Shown one piece after another: positions 19,062 through 28,141 of a stretch of DNA of 64,000 nt. Within the stretch, counting starts at the first letter, position 1, and the number at the start of each line of letters is the position of its first letter. Below the pieces are notes generated by a model, which was not told where the DNA came from, ran no database searches, and was given only the letters and a program-made list of their open reading frames with translations. Source of the DNA: Candidatus Forterrea multitransposorum CG_2015-17_Forterrea_25_41 (GTDB lineage: Archaea > Iainarchaeota > Iainarchaeia > Iainarchaeales > CSSED10-239). Position numbers and translations under genes: made by a program. The stretch is from contig CP045477.1 in assembly GCA_009392915.1 (NCBI GenBank), forward strand, positions 128,001 to 192,000, given 5' to 3'.

Positions 19062-20408
19062 ATGATTGAACCAAACACATTTTTTTTAATATTTTCAGCA
19101 ATTTTTTTAATTGCTTTTTTTGGAAATCTTTTTTTTAAAAAGACAAGATTTTCAGATATTTCTATTCTTTTAATCATCGGTTTTTTAATTGGTTCTGTGT
19201 TTAACATTATTACCAATTCTCAACTTGAAATTTTAAAAAGTATGTCTTCTTTATTTGGTTCTTTAGCTTTAATTATTATTCTTTTTGAAGGTGGACTTCA
19301 TCTTAATTTTTATAAAGTTTTAAGAGAGATTGGAAAAGCTACAATGTTTACAATTGCAGTTTTCTTTTTTACAGTTCTTTTCTCTGGAGTTTTACTTCAT
19401 TATATTTTTTCAATACCTGCAATTTATGCACTTTTAATTGGTTCTGCAATTGGAGGTGTAAGTTCTGCTGTGGTAATTCCTTTAGTTATGAACTCTAAAT
19501 CTAAAGAAGAAACTAAAACTTTAATTACTTTAGAGTCTGCAATTACTGATGTTTTGTGTATTATTGTCTTTATAACTCTTTTTGAAATAATTGTGACTCA
19601 AAAATCAAGTATTCAGTTTGTTACTCAAAATATAATTTCTGCATTTGCAATTGCAACTGTTATAGGTGCAGTTTCAGGAATTGTTTGGACAAAGGTTTTA
19701 AGAGATTTTAATGTTATTAGAAAATTTAATTATCTTTTAACTCTTTCTTTTTTATTTTTAATTTATGTTTTAATTGAATATGCAAAAGGAAATGGAGCTT
19801 TTGGAGTTTTAATCTTTGGTTTAGTTTTAGGTAATTCTAATGAAATTTTAAAAATATTTAAAATGAAAACTTTAAGTCTTGATAATGTTGTTAGTTTAAA
19901 TGAAGTTTATAAGTTTCAAGCAGAAATTAGTTTATTTATTAAAGCATTTTTCTTTATTTATTTAGGACTTATAATTGATCTTTCTTCTGTAACTTTAAAT
20001 ATTATTTTAATTTCTGCAGTTTTAATTTTTGTATCAATTGCTTCTAGGTATTTATCCATTTATATATTTTCTGGAGATAAGACAATTAAGCAAGATACAA
20101 GATATATTTTATCTCTTCATGCAAGAGGACTTGCTGCTGCTGTTTTAGGTACTTATCCAATTGCTATGGGTCTTGTAAACAATTATACTTTAATCCTTTT
20201 ACCAATAACTTTCCTTGTAATCTTTTTAACAAATATTACAACTACTTTTATGTTTTTCTTTACAGAAAGAAATAAACTTAAGGAAGAGTCTTTAAATGAA
20301 GAATCTTCAGAAAAAGATTCTTCTCAGGAAGAAGAAACTAATCCTTATAGTTTAATTAAAAAATCTAATAAAAATAAAGATTCTAAAGAAAAAATAGATG
20401 ATAATTAA
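19062..20408 (+). CDS. Na+/H+ antiporter, CPA1/NhaP family
   Basis: About 11-12 TM helices and a general Na_H_exchanger pattern; acidic C-terminal tail. Confidence 0.55.
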   Translation: MIEPNTFFLIFSAIFLIAFFGNLFFKKTRFSDISILLIIGFLIGSVFNIITNSQLEILKSMSSLFGSLALIIILFEGGLHLNFYKVLREIGKATMFTIAVFFFTVLFSGVLLHYIFSIPAIYALLIGSAIGGVSSAVVIPLVMNSKSKEETKTLITLESAITDVLCIIVFITLFEIIVTQKSSIQFVTQNIISAFAIATVIGAVSGIVWTKVLRDFNVIRKFNYLLTLSFLFLIYVLIEYAKGNGAFGVLIFGLVLGNSNEILKIFKMKTLSLDNVVSLNEVYKFQAEISLFIKAFFFIYLGLIIDLSSVTLNIILISAVLIFVSIASRYLSIYIFSGDKTIKQDTRYILSLHARGLAAAVLGTYPIAMGLVNNYTLILLPITFLVIFLTNITTTFMFFFTERNKLKEESLNEESSEKDSSQEEETNPYSLIKKSNKNKDSKEKIDDN

Positions 20409-20602
20409 AAATCTATTCCTTTATAAATATTTTGTATCTATAAAATATTTATGACTTACAATAATACTTTAAGTTTTTATAAAGATAACTTAATTTCTAT
20501 AATTATAAGTATTATTATATATTGATAGGCAAAGATTAACCTTCATTCTAATTTTAATCTTTTGCCAAAATTTTAAGCTTTAAAGGTAGGTGGGCAAAAA
20601 TT

Positions 20603-23443
20603 ATGTTTTCAAATCAAAATGAAAAAGAAATAAAAGAGTTTTGGGAAAAAAATAATATTCCTAAAAAAGTAAGAGAAAAAGAGTCTGATAAACATTATTA
20701 TTTTATAGACGGACCTCCATATGCAACAGGTTCTATTCATTTAGGAACTGCAATGAACAGGATCTTAAAAGATATTCTTTATAGGTTTAAAAGACAAGAA
20801 GGTTTTAAGGTTTTAGACATTCCTGGTTTTGATACTCATGGTGTGCCAATAGAACGTAAGGTGCAAAAAAAATATGATTTAAAATCAAAAGAAGATATTG
20901 AAGCTTTTGGTATTGAAAAATTTTCAAAAGAATGTCATGCATTTGCAACTAAACACATCTCTGAAATGTCAAAAGATATTTATGATTTAGGACAATGGAT
21001 GGATTGGGAAAATCCATATAGAACTTTAGATCAAACCTATATGCAATCTGCTTGGTGGACTTTTAAAAAAGCTTTTGATAAAGGTCTTTTATTTCATGAC
21101 AAATATCCTATCCATGTCTGTCCTGATTGTGAAACTTCAGTTTCTTTTAATGAAATTGAATATCAAGATTTAACTGATCTTTCAATTTTTGTTTCCTTAC
21201 AATCAAAAGAAGATTCTTCTCTTTTCTTTGTTATTTGGACAACAACTCCATGGACTCTACCTGCAAACATGGCAATCATGGTTCACCCTAAATATACATA
21301 TGTTGAGCTTATCTCAAACAATAAAAAATATATTGTTGCAAAAGATTTATCTGAAAAATTAATAAAAGAATTTAATTTTGAAAACTATACTTTAGGTAAA
21401 GAATATTTAGGAGAAGAACTTGTAGGTAAAGAATATCTTCCTGTTCTAGGAGAATGGTTAAATCTTCCTGAAGATTATACAAAAAATGCATATAAAATAA
21501 TCTCTTCAGCAAGACATGTAAACCTAGAAGACGGTTCTGGTTTAGTTCATTGTGCTCCAGGACATGGTAAAGAAGATTATCAAGTTGGAAGAGAATTTAA
21601 TATTCCTATATTTTCTCCGGTTACAATGTCAGGTGAGTATGATGATTCTGTTTCTTTTGGAAAAGGAAAAAAAGTTAAAGAACTTGATTTAGATATAATG
21701 AAATATTTACATGAAAAAGAATGTATCTTAGCTAAAAGAAAAGTAAAACATAGTTACCCTACATGTTGGAGATGTCATAATCCTTTAATAATGGTATCTT
21801 TACCTCAGTGGTTTTTAAGAATTGAAGATTTAAAACCAAGACTTGTAGAACTTAATGAAAGTGAAGTTTCTTGGCATCCTTCTTGGGGAAAAGATAGATT
21901 TTCAAACTGGCTTAAAAATTTATCTGATTGGCCAATTTCAAGAGCAAGATATTGGGGAACTCCTGTTCCTATTTGGAAATGTGATAACTGTGAAAAAATA
22001 CATGTCTTTGAGTCTTTAGAAGATTTAAAGAAAAAAGCTCCTGAAGTAGATTTAAATATGGATATTCATAAACCATTTATTGACAAAATAGAAATTACTT
22101 GTGATTGTGGAACAAAGGTGAAAAGAATTCCAGAAGTATTTGATGTTTGGTTTGATTCTGGTGTTGCATCATGGGCATCTTTAGGTTATCCTTTCAAAAA
22201 AGAATTATTTGATAAATATTGGCCAGCAGATGCTAATTTAGAAGGTCCTGATCAAATAAGAGGTTGGTGGAATTCTCAAATAATTGCTTCTGTAATTGCT
22301 TTTGATAAAGTTCCATTTAAACAAATTTCTATGCATGGTATGGTTCTTGCTGGAGATAAAAGAAAGCTTTCTAAATCTGAAGGAAATGATATTCCTTTAA
22401 TTGAAAGATTTTCACAAACTTCAATTGATTACTATAGATATTATTTTGCAAAAGAATTTTCAGGAGAAGACATTGTTTTAGATTCTAAAAAATTTGATGA
22501 AGTTAGAAGAACTTTAAATCTTTTAGAAAATCTTTATAATTTCATTTCTCTTTATGATGAAAAACAAACATTTGTAACTTCTTTAGATGTTTCAAAAGAA
22601 ACTTTACTTGTTGAAGATAAATGGATTCTTTCAAGATTTAATAATCTTTTAAAAAATAGTTATGCAAACTTTTCAACAACTAACTATTCAAAAGTTATAA
22701 ATGATTTTGAAAAATTTTTGCTTGAAGATTTTAGTAGAATATATGTTAAACTTTTAAGAAAAAGAAAAGATGAAAATCATGTTCTTTCATATGTCTTTTC
22801 CTCAAGTTTAATATTGATCTCACCAATAGTTCCTCATTTTACAGAATTCATGTATCAAAAGTTTTCTGTAAAAGAAAAAGAATCTGTGCATTTCTACCAT
22901 AATCCTTTAATCAATGAAAGTTTAATTGATTTAGATCTTGAAAAGAACTTTGACCTTTCTCAAGAAGTTGTAAAAACAGCTCTTTCTTTAAGAGAGGACT
23001 TAAAGAAAAGATTAAGATGGATCTTACCTGAAATGCATGTTGTTTTAAAAGACTTTGAAAAAATATCTATCTTTAAGGAAATTATAGAAGATATGGCAAA
23101 TATTGAAAATGTAAGTTTTTCAAATAATGCTCCTGATAACATGCCTTCAAAAGAAGTTTTAAAAGATGTTTTTGTATACATTAATGAAAACATTGATTCT
23201 TCTTATAAAGAAGTTTGGGAAGTATCAGAGCTTACAAGGCTTATACAGTCTGAGAGAAAGAAACAAAAGTTAAATCCAAATGATAAAGTTTCTTTGAAGA
23301 TATCTTGTAGTGAAAAAGATTTCCTTGTAAAAAATAAACCTAAAATTGAAGATGCAACAAACACTATTCTTGATATCTTGGACGATTTAAGTGAAGACAA
23401 TAAACAAAAGTTAATAGAGAGAGAAGTTTCTTTCTCTTTTTAA
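20603..23443 (+). CDS. ileS: Isoleucyl-tRNA synthetase (class Ia)
   Basis: GPPYATGSIHLGTAMN (HIGH region), WPISRARYWGTPVPIW (IleRS-type), and KLSKS in place of KMSKS; 946 aa. Confidence 0.7.
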   Translation: MFSNQNEKEIKEFWEKNNIPKKVREKESDKHYYFIDGPPYATGSIHLGTAMNRILKDILYRFKRQEGFKVLDIPGFDTHGVPIERKVQKKYDLKSKEDIEAFGIEKFSKECHAFATKHISEMSKDIYDLGQWMDWENPYRTLDQTYMQSAWWTFKKAFDKGLLFHDKYPIHVCPDCETSVSFNEIEYQDLTDLSIFVSLQSKEDSSLFFVIWTTTPWTLPANMAIMVHPKYTYVELISNNKKYIVAKDLSEKLIKEFNFENYTLGKEYLGEELVGKEYLPVLGEWLNLPEDYTKNAYKIISSARHVNLEDGSGLVHCAPGHGKEDYQVGREFNIPIFSPVTMSGEYDDSVSFGKGKKVKELDLDIMKYLHEKECILAKRKVKHSYPTCWRCHNPLIMVSLPQWFLRIEDLKPRLVELNESEVSWHPSWGKDRFSNWLKNLSDWPISRARYWGTPVPIWKCDNCEKIHVFESLEDLKKKAPEVDLNMDIHKPFIDKIEITCDCGTKVKRIPEVFDVWFDSGVASWASLGYPFKKELFDKYWPADANLEGPDQIRGWWNSQIIASVIAFDKVPFKQISMHGMVLAGDKRKLSKSEGNDIPLIERFSQTSIDYYRYYFAKEFSGEDIVLDSKKFDEVRRTLNLLENLYNFISLYDEKQTFVTSLDVSKETLLVEDKWILSRFNNLLKNSYANFSTTNYSKVINDFEKFLLEDFSRIYVKLLRKRKDENHVLSYVFSSSLILISPIVPHFTEFMYQKFSVKEKESVHFYHNPLINESLIDLDLEKNFDLSQEVVKTALSLREDLKKRLRWILPEMHVVLKDFEKISIFKEIIEDMANIENVSFSNNAPDNMPSKEVLKDVFVYINENIDSSYKEVWEVSELTRLIQSERKKQKLNPNDKVSLKISCSEKDFLVKNKPKIEDATNTILDILDDLSEDNKQKLIEREVSFSF

Positions 23444-23461
23444 TTTTTTAAGTGATATTTT

Positions 23462-23647
23462 ATGAAATTAATTATAGATTCTAAATTAGATATATCTTTA
23501 AAAGAATGGTCTGAAGGAAAAAAATCTTTAGGAGATGTTTCTAAAGAAAATAATTTATCTATATGTCAAACAATGGAAGAAGCTAAAAAAAGAGGTCTTT
23601 CTTCAAGCATATCTTTAGAAGATATAAAAGATGATTTCAACTTATAA
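23462..23647 (+). CDS. Small hypothetical protein (61 aa)
   Basis: ATG-initiated ORF immediately after ileS; no motif. Confidence 0.2.
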   Translation: MKLIIDSKLDISLKEWSEGKKSLGDVSKENNLSICQTMEEAKKRGLSSSISLEDIKDDFNL

Positions 23648-23982
23648 AGGTTATTTATAGTTTTTTCTTATATTTTATTTTTAATAATCTTTTTTTAAAT
23701 TAATTTTTATAATTAATAAATATCTTTAAAAGGTTATTTTCAATTCCTTTATAAATATTTTGCTTCTTATTAATATTTATGTATTTCAAAATACTTTTAT
23801 CAAAAACAAGATTTTTACAAATCTACTTATTTTCTGTAGTTAACTTTAATCTCCTTTAGAGGGAGAGAATTTAATATTTATCGGTTTATATAATATTTAT
23901 AGTACTTTATTAAAATAAAGTCTAAACATATTTATAGTAATTTTTAAAAAAAATATATTTATAAAAAAGGAGTTAATAATTT

Positions 23983-25287
23983 ATGGAAAAAAAATATTTA
24001 TCAATAAAAGAAGTTTTAGAAAAGAAAGAAGGAGAGGTATCTTTAAGAGGATGGGTACACAGGTTTAGAGACCAAAAGACAACAATCTTTATAACCTTAA
24101 GAGATGTTACAGGGGTAATACAACTTGTGTGTGATCAAGATAAAGTATCTCCAGAGCTTTTTGAAAAAATAAAACAAACAACTATAGAATCATCAATAGT
24201 TGTTTCTGGAACTGTAAGAAAAGAAGAAAGATCTCCTCAAGGTTATGAAATTGATATAAAAGATTATGAGATTGCAGGTCTTGCAGAAACTTATCCAATA
24301 TCAAAAGATTTTTCTGAAGAATTTCTTTTAGATGTAAGACACTTATGGTTAAGATCAAGAAAAATGCAAGCAATCTTAAAAATAAGATCAACTGTCTTTA
24401 GAGCTATTCATGATTATTTTAGAAGTCAAGATTATTATGAATATCAATCTCCAGTTCTTCAGTCAGTTCAATGTGAAGGAGGATCAAGTTTATTTAAGGT
24501 TGATTACTTTGAAAAGAAAGGTGTCTTTTTAGCACAGACATGGCAATTGTATGCAGAGCCAGCTATCTTTTCTTTAGAAAGAATATATACAATCTCTCCA
24601 TCTTTTAGAGCGGAAAAGTCAAAGACAACAAGACATTTAGCTGAATATTGGCATGCAGAGATGGAAGGAGCTTGGGTTTCTTTTGAAGAGTTACAAGAGC
24701 ATGCAGAAGGTTTAATAAAAAAAGTAATCTCTGATGTTTTAAAACACCATAGAGATGATCTTGAAACTTTAAAGAGAGATGTTAAAGTTTTAGAAACTGC
24801 AATTTCAAAACCTTTTGTAAAAATGACATACACCGAAGCTTTAGAGATTTTAAAAAAAGAGCATGACATGCATGTTGAATGGGGAAAAGACCTAAGAACT
24901 GTTGAAGAGGATCTTTTATCTAAAATGTATGATACTTTTATTATTATTACAAGATATCCAAAAGAAGTAAAAGCTTTTTATATGAAAGAAGATCCACAAG
25001 ACCCTAGAGTAGTTTTAGGTTTTGATTGTATCGGTCCTGAAGGTTATGGTGAGATTATAGGTGCAAGTGAAAGAGAGGATGATATTAAAAAAATAGTTGA
25101 AAGACTTGAAAAAGACGGAGAAGATGTCTCACAATATGATTTCTATCTTGACACTAGAAAATATGGTTCTGTCCCTCATTCTGGTTTTGGAATGGGTGTT
25201 GAAAGAATAATCTCTTATATCATAAAAGCTGATACAATAAAGGATGCTATTGCTTTCCCTAGAACAATGGTAAGGTATAGACCTTAA
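23983..25287 (+). CDS. Aspartyl/asparaginyl-tRNA synthetase (class IIb; Asp vs Asn not resolvable by eye)
   Basis: N-terminal OB anticodon-binding domain, motif 2 FRAEKSKTTRHLAEYWHAE, motif 3 GFGMGVERII; GGAG RBS upstream. Confidence 0.75.
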   Translation: MEKKYLSIKEVLEKKEGEVSLRGWVHRFRDQKTTIFITLRDVTGVIQLVCDQDKVSPELFEKIKQTTIESSIVVSGTVRKEERSPQGYEIDIKDYEIAGLAETYPISKDFSEEFLLDVRHLWLRSRKMQAILKIRSTVFRAIHDYFRSQDYYEYQSPVLQSVQCEGGSSLFKVDYFEKKGVFLAQTWQLYAEPAIFSLERIYTISPSFRAEKSKTTRHLAEYWHAEMEGAWVSFEELQEHAEGLIKKVISDVLKHHRDDLETLKRDVKVLETAISKPFVKMTYTEALEILKKEHDMHVEWGKDLRTVEEDLLSKMYDTFIIITRYPKEVKAFYMKEDPQDPRVVLGFDCIGPEGYGEIIGASEREDDIKKIVERLEKDGEDVSQYDFYLDTRKYGSVPHSGFGMGVERIISYIIKADTIKDAIAFPRTMVRYRP

Positions 25288-25595
25288 TTTTTTAAAAGAT
25301 AAAAGTATTATACTTTTTATAATACTTTTTCTTATATTATTTTAGATAATTTTATTTTGGGAATATATGATTAAAAATAAATCTAAGATTGTTTTAGAAG
25401 TAATTAAAGAAGTTGAAAAATTAAAAAAACAAAAGATTAAACCAATGTCAAAGAATGATTTAAATGATTTCTTTGAAAATGCTAAAAATTAATTTTTTAT
25501 ATTTAAATATTTTTTATATTCAATTTATTTGTCTAATTTTGTTTTTGTAATACAAATAGATTGTTTTTTAAACTTTTTGTATTACATAAATATAT

Positions 25596-26099
25596 ATGTT
25601 AAATAATAAAGTTAATGCTGTAATTGACTCTTCATTTTGGATAAACTTGAGTAGAGTTGATCTTACAAAATATTTATTAGATTATTTTACTATTTATTCT
25701 ACCATAAAAGTAAAAGAAGAACTTTTTGATTTTTACGAAAGAAGAGGTTATTTTTCAAAAGATTCTTATCTTTTTAAGTTATATTTAGAAGCAGATTTTA
25801 TTATTTTAAAAGACCTTAAAGAAATTACTTTAAAAATAAAGCAAGAATTGTCAAAAGATTCTGGAGAGTTATATTCTGCTGCTCTTTTAAAGGAAATTGG
25901 AGGTGTTTTTTTAACAGATGATAAGGGGGCACTTAATTTTTGCAAAAATAATAATCTTTTTGCAATTACTTCTGTTTATTTAATAGTTAGACTTTATAAG
26001 GATAATTTAATATCAAAAGAAAAAGCTAAATTTTCAATTATGCGATTAAAAGGAAAAATAAGTAATATACATATACAATCTGCTTTAAAGGATTTATAG
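25596..26099 (+). CDS. DUF3368-type PIN-like nuclease domain protein
   Basis: N-terminus AVIDSSFWINL and ..GELYSAALLKEIGGVFLTDDKGALNFCKNNNLFAITSVYLIV match the DUF3368/PIN pattern. Confidence 0.5.
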   Translation: MLNNKVNAVIDSSFWINLSRVDLTKYLLDYFTIYSTIKVKEELFDFYERRGYFSKDSYLFKLYLEADFIILKDLKEITLKIKQELSKDSGELYSAALLKEIGGVFLTDDKGALNFCKNNNLFAITSVYLIVRLYKDNLISKEKAKFSIMRLKGKISNIHIQSALKDL

Positions 26100-26119
26100 T
26101 ATAAAAGGAGGTTTTTAAC

Positions 26120-26476
26120 ATGGTTAAAAAAGATTATAAATTGAAATCTTATAGATTATCTGATAGTTCCTTAAAATTAATATATAATGTTTCTAAAGAA
26201 AAAGATTTGAGTGAATCTGAAGCTTTAAGAATGTTAGTTGACAAAGGGCTTTATGAATATAAGTTAGAGTCAGCAATAAAAACATATTATGATAAAAATT
26301 TAGATTTAACTGCTGGAGCAAAACTTGCTGGTATTTCCAAAAGAGAGTTTATGGAAGAACTTTCAAGAAAAGGGGAAGGTATTAATCTTTCAAAAGAAGA
26401 TTATGATTATTCTAAAAAATCTTTTGAAAAATTATTTGGAAAAACAAAAAAGAAAACTACTCAAAAGCCCAAGTAG
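26120..26476 (+). CDS. UPF0175-family protein (predicted HTH antitoxin-like partner of DUF3368)
   Basis: SESEALRMLVDKGLYEYKLESAI..GAKLAGISKREFMEELSRKGEG fits UPF0175; AGGAGG RBS; adjacent to the PIN-like gene. Confidence 0.5.
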   Translation: MVKKDYKLKSYRLSDSSLKLIYNVSKEKDLSESEALRMLVDKGLYEYKLESAIKTYYDKNLDLTAGAKLAGISKREFMEELSRKGEGINLSKEDYDYSKKSFEKLFGKTKKKTTQKPK

Positions 26477-27905
26477 TTTTTTCTTTAGAATCAAAAAGAA
26501 TAACTCCTTTTTTCTTAAGGTTTATTCTTATGATGTCTGCTTCTTCCCATTTCTTAGAATCTCTTAATTCTTGTCTTTTTAAAATTAATTTTTCAATTTC
26601 TTCAACAGGCATTTTATTTTTTGCTTTATTTTCACTATTACTTTCAAAATTTAAAACTTTAAAAACAAGATTTACTTTTTTCAAAAATTCTAAAATCTGT
26701 GATGCTTCTTCTCTGGTTAATTTTTCTTGATCCATTAGTTTGTTTGTTTCTTTTACAAGGAAAAAGATTTGCGCCCATGCATTTGGTGTGTTAAGATCAT
26801 CATCCATGGCTTTTTCAAAATTAAAGATTGATGTTTCAATAATTTCTTTTGCATAAAACATTTCTTTTTCTTGTTTAACTTCTTGAAGTCTTCTTATATA
26901 GTTGTTTAGGTTTTGTAAAGTTTTTTTAGCATCTAAAATAGATTGTTCTGTATAGTTTTGTGGTTTTCTATAATGTCCTGTTGAGAAAACATATCTAAGT
27001 TCTTCAGCTGTATTTTTCTTTAAAAAGTCTTCAATGGTTATAAAGTTTCCTAAGGATTTTCCCATTTTCTTTCCATCAATTGAAAGCATTGCTGTATGTA
27101 CCCAGTAGTTTACCATCTTATGATTTAAACAACCAAAGTTTTGTGCAATTTCATTTTCATGATGAGGGAAAACATGTTCTATTCCTCCGCCATGAATATC
27201 AAAATTATCTCCAAGATATTTATTACCCATAACTGAACATTCCATGTGCCAACCAGGATAGCCAAGACCCCATGGAGAATTCCATTTCAAGATATGCTCT
27301 GATTTTGCTTTTATCCAAACTGCAAAGTCTGCTGGGTTTTTCTTTTCTTCATCATTTTTAAATCTTGTATCTTTTAAAAGATCTTCAATCTTTCTGTTTG
27401 AAAAAGAACCATATTCTGAATATTTTGAAACATCAAAATAAATTCCATTTTTAGTTTCATATGCAAAACCATTTTCAAGAAGTTTTTTAACCCATTCTAT
27501 TATTTCTGGAACATGTGCTGAGGCTTGTGGTTCTATGTTTGGTCTTGATATTTTTAAATCATCAAAAGCTTTCCACATTCTATGTGAATATTTATAAGCA
27601 AGTTCCATTGGGTGTACTTTTCTTTCTTTTGCTCTTTTTGTCATTTTGTCTTCTCCAGAATCTCCTAAGCCATCATCTGTTAGATGACCAACATCTGTAA
27701 TGTTTCTAACATAGAAAATCTGGTAGTTATGAAAAATTTTAAAATAATTGATTAAAAGATCATAGTAGATATATGACATTGCATGCCCTAAATGAACATC
27801 ATCATAAACAGTTACTCCACACACATATATTTTAAGTAAACCTTTTTCAACAGGTTTAAAGGCTTCTTTTTTTCTTGTAAGTGTGTTGTAGAGTTTTATT
27901 GTCAT
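26457..27905 (-). CDS. cysS: Cysteinyl-tRNA synthetase
   Basis: YVCGVTVYDDVHLGHAMSY (HIGH region) and KMGKSLGN (KMSKS); 482 aa. Confidence 0.85.
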   Translation of the reverse strand: MTIKLYNTLTRKKEAFKPVEKGLLKIYVCGVTVYDDVHLGHAMSYIYYDLLINYFKIFHNYQIFYVRNITDVGHLTDDGLGDSGEDKMTKRAKERKVHPMELAYKYSHRMWKAFDDLKISRPNIEPQASAHVPEIIEWVKKLLENGFAYETKNGIYFDVSKYSEYGSFSNRKIEDLLKDTRFKNDEEKKNPADFAVWIKAKSEHILKWNSPWGLGYPGWHMECSVMGNKYLGDNFDIHGGGIEHVFPHHENEIAQNFGCLNHKMVNYWVHTAMLSIDGKKMGKSLGNFITIEDFLKKNTAEELRYVFSTGHYRKPQNYTEQSILDAKKTLQNLNNYIRRLQEVKQEKEMFYAKEIIETSIFNFEKAMDDDLNTPNAWAQIFFLVKETNKLMDQEKLTREEASQILEFLKKVNLVFKVLNFESNSENKAKNKMPVEEIEKLILKRQELRDSKKWEEADIIRINLKKKGVILFDSKEKTTWAFE

Positions 27906-28141
27906 ATATTTTTCACCTTTTTATAATATATTTATAATTAATATTATAGTATAAAAAGTTTATAAAATGCTTCTTTTGTTTTATTTTTGTAATTTTTAAT
28001 ATTTTAAGAATATATATAAATATATTGTTTCTTATATAATATATAGTTTAGATAGTTATTGTTAACTTAAAAACTATATTTAATTAATTTAAATTTATGA
28101 AATAATAATTATGGAACATTTATAAAAGAGGTTTTATTAAT

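Noticed and set aside
18953-19216. 87-aa minus-strand ORF overlapping the start of the Na+/H+ antiporter gene
   Set aside because: Antisense overlap with a well-supported membrane transporter, hydrophobic low-complexity translation, and no RBS.
20603-23443. Intein or intron insertions in large housekeeping genes (ileS, gatE, thermosome, dnaG)
   Set aside because: Lengths and motif spacing are continuous. The extra length in dnaG is low-complexity repeats, not an intein-like HNH/LAGLIDADG block.
23648-23982. Possible structured RNA (SRP RNA or RNase P RNA) in the long intergenic regions 23648-23982 and 38870-39128
   Set aside because: These regions are uniformly AT-rich with no GC-rich helices. 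Nothing resembles the conserved SRP Alu or S-domain motifs or RNase P P4 pairing. They are more likely promoter spacers.
26325-26730. ORFs 26325-26567 (+) and 26530-26730 (+) overlapping the cysS 3' end
   Set aside because: Both are antisense to cysS or in an alternative frame of the UPF0175 gene, and neither has a motif.
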